From Hellea sp. (GTDB taxonomy: Bacteria > Pseudomonadota > Alphaproteobacteria > Caulobacterales > Maricaulaceae): DNA of 59,845 bases. Every line of letters starts with the position of its first letter. Position 1 is the first letter of the stretch. The position numbers and the translations under genes are program-made. The stretch is from contig JAHDBU010000003.1 of assembly GCA_020630275.1 (NCBI GenBank), positions 1 to 59,845 of the forward strand. Reading direction: 5' to 3'. Below are positions 40,550 to 48,287 of the stretch, piece after piece. The notes under the pieces are model-generated. The model was not told the origin of the DNA and made no database searches. It saw only the letters and a program-made list of their open reading frames with translations.

Positions 40550-40580
40550 AAAAAAAGGCCGCTGGATGCGGCCTTTTTTA
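40550..40580. terminator. Bidirectional rho-independent terminator between convergent genes
   Basis: AAAAAAAA-GGCCGC-TGGAT-GCGGCC-TTTTTT: a perfect GC stem flanked by an A-run and a T-run. Confidence 0.8.
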
Positions 40581-40602
40581 GTGCTTTTATTACTTTGAAT
40601 AT

Positions 40603-42069
40603 TTAAAATTCAGCGGATCCTTTCCCGAATACATTGTGAGCATCCCAAACCGGCTTGCTCCCAAGCAGTCGGCTAAGAAGCAGCGCCGTTGAAACACTCA
40701 GGATGAGGGTGATTGCCATTTGATGGATGTAATGCAGGTTAATATTCTGATGGTTTTCATTGAGTGGGCTAGTTCCGTAAGCATAGAATGCAACAGCGAT
40801 AATCACAGCAACGATCATGGCACGAGCATCAACGTTTTTAAACAAAAGCCCAACAACAAATGCAGACAGGATTGGCATGGATAGCAAGCCATACATGGCC
40901 TGAACTTTATTGATGATGCTCGACTCAGGGTTATTGAAGATCGGGATCATGCAAAATGCCAAAATAACCATGACAATTGACACCCAGAGAGAAAGTTTTC
41001 GAACGTTTGGATTTTTGTTGAAGTAGGTCTCATGGATGTCGCAAACCCACAAAGCCGCAGATGCGTTTAGAATCGAGTTGAAGGTCGTTAATACTGCCGC
41101 AAATATAGCTGCAGCAAACGCACCGGATAAAAATGTTGGCAGTAGGTCGCCAACAATCTGTCCATAGGCGGTATCACCAATATCGCCATATAGTTTGTAG
41201 GAGACAATACCAGGGATAACAATGATCGGAGGAACAATTAAAAGACGGATAGCAGCTGCTGCAAAAATACCCTTTTGGGCTTCTTTTACTGTCGGCGATG
41301 CCATGGCTCTTTGGGTAATTGTCTGGTTAGTTGACCAGTAGAACATTTGAATAAAGATCATTCCAGTTAACAGAGTTTTCCAGGGGATGTCCGAGTCATC
41401 AGCTCCAATAAGCGTCAGACGCTCCTTAGGGATACCTTGAAAATCCCAATTGATAGCGTTCAAAGCCAGAATCGTGATTGTGATGGCTAAACCTAATAAC
41501 AGTATGCCGGAGAATGTATCTGAAACGGCAACGGCCCGAAGACCCCCGAAAATGGCATAAGCGGAGCCGACAATCGCAAAAATTGCCGCTAAAATATAAA
41601 GGTTTACGTCGATCCCGAACATGCTTTGCATAAACAGTGAGCCACCATATAAAATTGCGGGTAAGAAAATAAAAATATTCCCCAGCAAAAATAAGATCGA
41701 GATCAGAGCCCTGATATGAGGATTGTTGTATCGTTTCTCCAAAAGCTCGGTTGTCGTTGTACAATTATATTTGTAGTACACGGGTATGAAAATAAAGCAC
41801 AACATCATAAGGCCGACAACGGCCGCAAGCTCCCACCAAGCAAGAAGAGCCATTTGATTCCCATTCATACCAACAAGTTGATCGGTGGATAGGTTTGTTA
41901 ATGTGATTGATCCGGCGACAAAATACCACTTGAGACTTCCGCCTGCTAGAAAATACTCTTTCTCACCGTCATCCGATGCTCGAGCTTTCAAACAATACCA
42001 GATCGTCACGCCGGCGATGAGTGCGGTAAGCAACAAAAAGACGCTAAATTGTGTGAGATTTAATCCCAT
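40603..42069 (-). CDS. Sodium:solute symporter (SGLT/SSF-type, probable galactoside or galactose transporter)
   Basis: 488 aa polytopic protein with SSF features. It is the last gene of the GH42/Leloir operon, 12 nt after the GH42 stop. Confidence 0.75.
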   Translation of the reverse strand: MGLNLTQFSVFLLLTALIAGVTIWYCLKARASDDGEKEYFLAGGSLKWYFVAGSITLTNLSTDQLVGMNGNQMALLAWWELAAVVGLMMLCFIFIPVYYKYNCTTTTELLEKRYNNPHIRALISILFLLGNIFIFLPAILYGGSLFMQSMFGIDVNLYILAAIFAIVGSAYAIFGGLRAVAVSDTFSGILLLGLAITITILALNAINWDFQGIPKERLTLIGADDSDIPWKTLLTGMIFIQMFYWSTNQTITQRAMASPTVKEAQKGIFAAAAIRLLIVPPIIVIPGIVSYKLYGDIGDTAYGQIVGDLLPTFLSGAFAAAIFAAVLTTFNSILNASAALWVCDIHETYFNKNPNVRKLSLWVSIVMVILAFCMIPIFNNPESSIINKVQAMYGLLSMPILSAFVVGLLFKNVDARAMIVAVIIAVAFYAYGTSPLNENHQNINLHYIHQMAITLILSVSTALLLSRLLGSKPVWDAHNVFGKGSAEF

Positions 42070-42081
42070 GTTTTTCCCCTT

Positions 42082-43947
42082 TTATCCAATTATTTCAACG
42101 GTTTGCGTTTTGTAATTCAAGTTAAAAACAGATTTATGCGTGCGAATTACCCTGTCGCATTCTCCATGTTCGTCCGTTGAAGTCATAATATCCCTCAAGG
42201 TTGATTTCATGGTTTCCGGATCCAGCCATCCTGCAATGTAATGCAGGTTATCTTTGGACAACATGGCCGGAGTGCCGTCTGCTTTCTTGAGGCTGACCAA
42301 ACTTGATTGATCCAGACACTCATTCCAGATATGGATTTTCCCGCCATCTTCGAGATCGACTAGCTCTGCCGGTCGAAGCGACTCAACTAAGTTCAGATTT
42401 ACCTTTTCATTGAAAAGGCGGGCAATTCCATCTTGTTGGATTTGAAAATCCTTTGTCTTGCTGTTTGTCCTAGGCCCATAAATCACTGGAGTATTGGATT
42501 CTTGCAAAGACGTTATCAACTTTTTGGATATATTGAAAAGTCCAGGCGCCAGAATGAGATCATATTCTCTGAAATCTGAATGCTCAGGTGAGAGAATGTC
42601 AATCGTCTGTCCCAATTCTCTAGCCGCACAATAGTAGGCATAGACCAACTTGAAATAATCAAAATCAGCACCTTGAGGCTGTACTTCCCAGGCCCATTGA
42701 GACTTATAGTCAAAAATAATGGCAATGTCGGCTTTGACGGCGGCAGGCTCATAGGTTTTAAGTTCGTCCGCAACCCGTTGGATTTCGCCACAAACCGGGT
42801 AGGGGGTGTTGTCCGGACGTTTCAAGGCCGTATGCATTTGTTCCTGTGCAAATGGCGGCTGACGCCACCGGAAATAACAAACAAATTCTGCGCCGTGCGC
42901 GATAGCCTCCCAAGTCCAAAGACGGACCATGCCAGGTTTGGGTGCGGGATTGTAAGGGGCCCAATTTACCGGACCTGGTTGTTGCTCCATCACCCCCCAG
43001 CGGCCGCGCCCAACCGCTCTATATAGATCATGATGAAAAGCCTGAAAATCCGGATCGCCCATTCTGCAGTATTGCGCCTTAAAAGCTTCTGAACGATCAG
43101 ATCGGTCCTCTAGAAAGCCAAGAGGATAACTGTCCCAAGTGGCGATCTCCAGATTTTCCCCTAGTTTGAAGTGATCAAACTCCAATACTCGCCCCATATA
43201 GTTGTGGGAAATAGGTTTTGAACAGTGTTCGCGAATGGCCCTTATTTGGGCCAGATCCCAGCGAGCAACTTGATCTGAGGAAAACTGGCGGAAATCCATG
43301 ACATGGGCTGGATTAGGCTCGGTGACCGTCATATTTGGAAGATCAACATCATCGATCTCGGTATAATCCATAGACCAGAACACATTACCCCAGGCCTCAT
43401 TGATAGACCGGTTGCCATATTTTTCTTTTAGCCATGTTCGAAACTCAGCGCGGGCATGATCACTGTAAGAGATAACCGTATCGTGACAGCCATATTCGTT
43501 GTCCGTTTGCCAGAACACAATATGAGGATTATCAGCATAACGTTCTGCCAGTCGACCAGCCATTTGCGCAGCAAAGTCGCGATATTCAGCGTGTGAAAAG
43601 CAATAATGGCGGCGAGAGCCGAATTTTCTGGGACGGCCATGTGCATCCACAGCCAGCATATCGGGAAATTTATCGAGTACCCATTTAGGGGGTGTCGCGC
43701 TCGGCGTCCCTAAAACAACTTTTAAACCAGCAGAACCAAGCGTTTTGATTGCTCTGTCTAACCACTCGAACTCAAATTGACCCTCTCTAGGCTCTAGACG
43801 GCTCCAGGCAAACTCGCCAATCCTTACTAACTGGAGCCCCATCTCGACCATTTCTCGGGCGTCCTCCGCCCACATAGCCTCCGGCCAGTGCTCAGGATAG
43901 TAGCAAACACCCAATTGCGGTCGCGGATTCGCCGTCATAGTTGCCAC
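42082..43947 (-). CDS. GH42 beta-galactosidase
   Basis: 621 aa; the N-terminus LGVCYYPEHWPE..W..D...M...G...VRIGEFAW and WQTDNEYG (acid/base Glu) are typical of GH42. Confidence 0.88.
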   Translation of the reverse strand: MATMTANPRPQLGVCYYPEHWPEAMWAEDAREMVEMGLQLVRIGEFAWSRLEPREGQFEFEWLDRAIKTLGSAGLKVVLGTPSATPPKWVLDKFPDMLAVDAHGRPRKFGSRRHYCFSHAEYRDFAAQMAGRLAERYADNPHIVFWQTDNEYGCHDTVISYSDHARAEFRTWLKEKYGNRSINEAWGNVFWSMDYTEIDDVDLPNMTVTEPNPAHVMDFRQFSSDQVARWDLAQIRAIREHCSKPISHNYMGRVLEFDHFKLGENLEIATWDSYPLGFLEDRSDRSEAFKAQYCRMGDPDFQAFHHDLYRAVGRGRWGVMEQQPGPVNWAPYNPAPKPGMVRLWTWEAIAHGAEFVCYFRWRQPPFAQEQMHTALKRPDNTPYPVCGEIQRVADELKTYEPAAVKADIAIIFDYKSQWAWEVQPQGADFDYFKLVYAYYCAARELGQTIDILSPEHSDFREYDLILAPGLFNISKKLITSLQESNTPVIYGPRTNSKTKDFQIQQDGIARLFNEKVNLNLVESLRPAELVDLEDGGKIHIWNECLDQSSLVSLKKADGTPAMLSKDNLHYIAGWLDPETMKSTLRDIMTSTDEHGECDRVIRTHKSVFNLNYKTQTVEIIG

Positions 43948-44951
43948 CGTGACCTATGGAAATTCCAAGCGCTTCTTATGATGTATTCCAAATCCGAATA
44001 TTGCGGCACAAAGTTTAGCTCTGCTTTTGCCTTGCTTGCGTCAGCAAACAATTGAGTTACATCACCAGGTCGCCGCGGAGTTGCATCATAGGGTAGGGGT
44101 AATCCGGTAACTTCCTCGACCATCTTCAGAATTTCCAAATTTGAATACCCATTTCCAGTACCGATATTGACCTCTAGATTTGTTAGTCCAGCGTCAAATT
44201 TTCCAAGACCAAGTATATGAGCCCGAGCAATATCGTTGACATGGATGTAGTCTCGAACGCAGGTACCATCGGGCGTTTCATAGTCTGTCCCGAATATTTT
44301 CATTTTACCACGAAGACCTGCTGCAGCTTGCATGGCAATGGGAATTAGATGGGTCTCGGGATCATGCTCTTCGCCAATTTCTCCACTTGGATCGGCCCCC
44401 GAAGCATTGAAATAGCGCAATGTAATATATTTCAACCCGTATGCGTTGTGATAACTTTGTATCATGTGTTCAATGGCAAGCTTGGTTTTACCATAGACAC
44501 TAAAAGGATTTTGGTTTTGGTCTTCTGTGAGGGGTACTTTATTCGTTTCACCGTAAGTGGCACAAGTCGACGAAAAGATGAATCGATCCAGTCCGTGTTT
44601 CCGCATCCCTTCAAGCAAGTTAAAAGCACCAATGACGTTATTATTGTAAAAACCGGCTGGGTCTTTCTCACCAATGCCTACCTCGATAGAGCTTGCTAAA
44701 TGAATGACGCTGCTAGCGTCTTGATATGCACTTAGGGCTTCGTTTAACGATTGAGCATTTCTTAAATCCACGTCGATAGCTGGGCCCCAACGAACAGCAT
44801 GTGGATGCCCCGACGAAAAATTATCAAATGTCACGGGTTCACCACCATGATCAGCGATCATTTTGCAAACATGACTGCCAATATATCCAGCTCCGCCGAC
44901 AACAATATGAGTTTGCCCGTTCAGTTTCATGGCTGGATACTCAGCAGACAT
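43935..44951 (-). CDS. galE: UDP-glucose 4-epimerase
   Basis: 338 aa; VVGGAGYIGSH Rossmann motif; YGKTK catalytic motif; operon context with galK and galT. Confidence 0.92.
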   Translation of the reverse strand: MSAEYPAMKLNGQTHIVVGGAGYIGSHVCKMIADHGGEPVTFDNFSSGHPHAVRWGPAIDVDLRNAQSLNEALSAYQDASSVIHLASSIEVGIGEKDPAGFYNNNVIGAFNLLEGMRKHGLDRFIFSSTCATYGETNKVPLTEDQNQNPFSVYGKTKLAIEHMIQSYHNAYGLKYITLRYFNASGADPSGEIGEEHDPETHLIPIAMQAAAGLRGKMKIFGTDYETPDGTCVRDYIHVNDIARAHILGLGKFDAGLTNLEVNIGTGNGYSNLEILKMVEEVTGLPLPYDATPRRPGDVTQLFADASKAKAELNFVPQYSDLEYIIRSAWNFHRSRWQL

Positions 44952-46005
44952 AAAACGCGTCCTGATGTTTGCTCAGCAGCTCTGTTTTCCACTGGTCTAA
45001 TCGTGTTTTTTCCACACAGGCAACGATACAACCTCCAAAACCGCCCCCTGTCATACGGGCACCAAGGGCGCCAAATTTGATGGCATCCTCTACCAATTGG
45101 TCTATGGCCGGCAAAGTGATTTCAAAGTCATCTCGCATTGAGTTATGGCTTTCTATCATCAGACGGCCAAGTTCAGGCAAATCATTTTCGAGAACAGCAG
45201 TAGCCGCCCCTATGGTTCTGCGGTGTTCGGTCATACAATGACGGGCTCTTCTTTGAAAAACCTCATCTAAATTAGAGAGGCCATCCAATTCTTTTTGTGA
45301 AATTTGACAAATATCGTTACGACCCAGCGCAGATTTGACAACATCGCATTCCTCTTTGCGCTCTTTGTAACGACCTTCATTGAGAAGTCGGTATTTCCCT
45401 GAATGTACAACCGCCATGTGATGGTCCTCAGGTAAGTCTACAAGGTCATATGTCAGTGCGTCTGTATCCAAAAACAATGCCTGTCCGGGGCTAGCGATGG
45501 CGACAGCCATTTGATCCATAATCCCACAGGGCATGCCAATGAATTCATTTTCAATCCTTCGGGCGATTTGCGAAATCGTGACATCATCCATCTCTGAGCC
45601 GGATAAATCTCTAGCGAGTTTCAGAATCCCAACGGTGATAGCAGCGGAAGAAGACAAACCGGCACCTTCGGGAAGGGTGCTTGAAACAGCTATATCTGCC
45701 CCGCCTGCCAAAAGCCCAGTTTTACCTGCATACAAAATTGCACCACGAGCATAATCTGACCAATGATCGGTCGGCGGCGCATCCAAAAGAGCTTCTGATC
45801 TCCCATCATACCCTTTGGAGACGATACGAACCTTTTGATCATCACGTGGTTTAATCGCGATGGTCAAACCCAGCTGAAGAGCTGTCGGCAATACATACCC
45901 GCCGTTGTAATCTGTGTGCTCACCTATAAGATTTACCCGCCCGGGTGTGAATCCCTCGGCCTCAGGGCTATATCCGAACGCCGCATTGAAGATATCTTTG
46001 ATCAT
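44941..46005 (-). CDS. galK: Galactokinase
   Basis: 354 aa; GRVNLIGEHTDYNGG signature; GHMP motif PEGAGLSSSAA. Confidence 0.95.
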   Translation of the reverse strand: MIKDIFNAAFGYSPEAEGFTPGRVNLIGEHTDYNGGYVLPTALQLGLTIAIKPRDDQKVRIVSKGYDGRSEALLDAPPTDHWSDYARGAILYAGKTGLLAGGADIAVSSTLPEGAGLSSSAAITVGILKLARDLSGSEMDDVTISQIARRIENEFIGMPCGIMDQMAVAIASPGQALFLDTDALTYDLVDLPEDHHMAVVHSGKYRLLNEGRYKERKEECDVVKSALGRNDICQISQKELDGLSNLDEVFQRRARHCMTEHRRTIGAATAVLENDLPELGRLMIESHNSMRDDFEITLPAIDQLVEDAIKFGALGARMTGGGFGGCIVACVEKTRLDQWKTELLSKHQDAFYVC

Positions 46006-47075
46006 TAGACAGTTCGCAATGCTTTGGCTGCCGTATCCGGCATGACATCGACTGTAAAAACACCCGTCGATTGTTCGACAGAGGCAAGATACTTAACCCT
46101 GTCTTTCGAGCGCAGAAGTGGATAAAATTGTGCAGTAAAATGAAAATCGTCCTCATGGCCAGCGGGCGCCGCATGAAGGCTTAACATATAAGCAGTTTCG
46201 CGCTCAAAGAATGCATCGTATCTGCGCGTAATATCGCCGAGTAAATGTGCAAATCCGTCGATTTCTGTTTTCGACATTGCCCAGGGACCCGGGCTAAATT
46301 TACGGGGTGCTAGCCAAACCTCATAGGGAAAACGGGCAAATGGTGGACAAAAAGCACTCACACCGCCCGCTTCGGTAACCTCGAGATCAGGTCTGATCGT
46401 TTCCATTAGCTCTGTTAACTTGAAGCCACTTCTAAATGAATTGGCCGCGCGCTTTTGGACGTCCGGTATGAATGGAAAGGCATAAATCTGACCATGCGGG
46501 TGATGCAGCGTAACGCCAACTTCATCGCCTCGATTTTCAAATGGAAGAATGAAGCGATGACCTTGATCATAATGCGCTTGGTAACGATCTATCCAAGCTG
46601 CAACTAAAAGCCGCCGTTTTGATTGACCGATACTATTTAAATCACCATGTGACTCCGGCCCATAAACGATAACATCGCAATGTCCTTTGGCTTGCCCCGT
46701 TTTAACGCCGGTAACATCCAAAGCAGCAGGGGCTTCAATATGGAGACTCGTAAATTTATTTTCAAATACGGCGAGTTCAAAGTCCTCAAAAGGAATTTCG
46801 GTTGGTAGAGAACCAGGCCGGCTTGGAGCCAGTGGATCATCCGCCGCGACAGGTTTAAATGTTCTATTTTGCCGATGCGGCGCATAGATATTCCATTCTT
46901 GCCTAAGTGGATGCCAACGTAACTCCCCACCTTTTGAAATATCATCATTGGTTTGCGCCATAGGAGGGAGGGCGTGTTCCTTATAACCATATAGAAATAG
47001 GTTTCGACCATCCGCTTTCCGATAGGTTCGACGAAAAATTTCCGCATCACCGTTTGGCATCGAAAGGCGCTCCAT
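46005..47075 (-). CDS. galT: Galactose-1-phosphate uridylyltransferase
   Basis: 356 aa; HHPHGQIYAFPF (HPH active site). The start may be Met6 at 47060, which has a GGAG upstream. Its stop overlaps the galK start (TAATG). Confidence 0.9.
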   Translation of the reverse strand: MERLSMPNGDAEIFRRTYRKADGRNLFLYGYKEHALPPMAQTNDDISKGGELRWHPLRQEWNIYAPHRQNRTFKPVAADDPLAPSRPGSLPTEIPFEDFELAVFENKFTSLHIEAPAALDVTGVKTGQAKGHCDVIVYGPESHGDLNSIGQSKRRLLVAAWIDRYQAHYDQGHRFILPFENRGDEVGVTLHHPHGQIYAFPFIPDVQKRAANSFRSGFKLTELMETIRPDLEVTEAGGVSAFCPPFARFPYEVWLAPRKFSPGPWAMSKTEIDGFAHLLGDITRRYDAFFERETAYMLSLHAAPAGHEDDFHFTAQFYPLLRSKDRVKYLASVEQSTGVFTVDVMPDTAAKALRTV

Positions 47076-47210
47076 CTGATCGAGTTCGTCCTTACTTGAG
47101 GATAAATGGGCGATATTTAAGTCGATATTCAGTTTTCCCCCCCGAACCCGCTATTTGCTTTAATCTTGTGTTGCGAGTATGAGCAATGGACAAGTACACG
47201 TATTTTTCGT

Positions 47211-47228
47211 ATGTTCGAAATCGAACAT
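47211..47228. promoter_or_regulatory. Candidate operator: perfect 8-2-8 palindrome ATGTTCGA-AA-TCGAACAT
   Basis: Read directly from the galT / DeoR-regulator divergent intergenic region. A near-identical copy lies upstream of the TonB-dependent receptor gene. Confidence 0.55.
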
Positions 47229-47313
47229 AGGCTAGCGGGATAGTGTAAAAGCTACCGACTCGTCAATCAATTTGTCGTGAAAGTTCGGCGGAAAATAAGA
47301 AATCAGGGGAAAA

Positions 47314-48081
47314 ATGTCTGAGTTTGTGCCCAATAAGCGCCAAGCGGCCATTTTAAAGATGTTGTCGGAGGACGGCTTTGTCGCGACGGACGATATGGTT
47401 TCAAAATTTGAGGTAACCCCGCAAACTATTCGCAGGGATCTCAATGAGCTGAATAAGTTCGGGCTAATTACGCGGTTTCATGGCGGAGCAGGGCAGGCAA
47501 AAGATATGGGCAATCGGCCTTATCGAGACCGTGTCAACACGAGGGTGGAGGCGAAACAAACGATCGCAGCTTTGGTGAATGATATGATCCCGGATGGCGC
47601 CACTCTTTTTATGAGTAGCGGGACGACAATTGAGGCTATCGCAAGGGCATTATTGAACCATAAGTCATTGAAAATAGTGACTAATAACGTAAATGTGGCT
47701 CAAATTATGAGCCAAAACGAAACCTTTGAGGTTATGATTGCCGGAGGTCAAGTCCGGAGCGTAGATGGCGGAATTGTAGGCTTGTCGTCACTAGAATTCA
47801 TGGAGCAGTTTCATATGGACTTTGGCCTTGTCGGCACAAATAGCGTTGATGAGTCTGGCGTCTTGTGGGACTTTGATCAGCTTGAGGTTCGGATTGCCCG
47901 TGCGACCATAAAGAATTCACACAAAGTCATTCTTGTGGCCGATTATCAAAAGTTTGGACGTCGGGCCATGAATCGCATGGGGCATGTATCGGAGTTTGAT
48001 TACTTGGTGACGGATAAGCCGTTGAATGCGCCTTTTGACAAGTTGTTCGCCGACTCAGGCGTTAAAATTGTCGCTCCATAG
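47314..48081 (+). CDS. DeoR/GlpR family transcriptional regulator
   Basis: 255 aa; N-terminal wHTH (RQAAILKMLSEDGFVATDDMVSKFEVTPQTIRRDLNEL) and a C-terminal DeoR sugar-phosphate sensor domain. Confidence 0.9.
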   Translation: MSEFVPNKRQAAILKMLSEDGFVATDDMVSKFEVTPQTIRRDLNELNKFGLITRFHGGAGQAKDMGNRPYRDRVNTRVEAKQTIAALVNDMIPDGATLFMSSGTTIEAIARALLNHKSLKIVTNNVNVAQIMSQNETFEVMIAGGQVRSVDGGIVGLSSLEFMEQFHMDFGLVGTNSVDESGVLWDFDQLEVRIARATIKNSHKVILVADYQKFGRRAMNRMGHVSEFDYLVTDKPLNAPFDKLFADSGVKIVAP

Positions 48082-48182
48082 ATTTTTTCGCCCTCAATTT
48101 ACCTGTTTAACCCCGCGCTCAGTGTGGCATTCTAGTCACATCTGGCTTGAAATATTCGTTTTCAACTAAATATCGGTCTCAA

Positions 48183-48200
48183 ATGTTCGAAAACGAATAT
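48183..48200. promoter_or_regulatory. Candidate operator copy ATGTTCGA-AA-ACGAATAT upstream of the TonB-dependent receptor gene
   Basis: 16 of 18 positions match the 47211 palindrome. It lies about 88 nt upstream of the TBDR start and is embedded in a 13-bp inverted repeat (AAATATTCGTTTT at 48150..48162, AAAACGAATATTT at 48190..48202). Confidence 0.5.
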
Positions 48201-48287
48201 TTTTGGCTTGACCTTGTTCTTATTCGCCCTAAAACTCGTCTGAAAAGCCTCGGTAGAGGGCGACGTTCTTATAATGGGAGAAAACAT

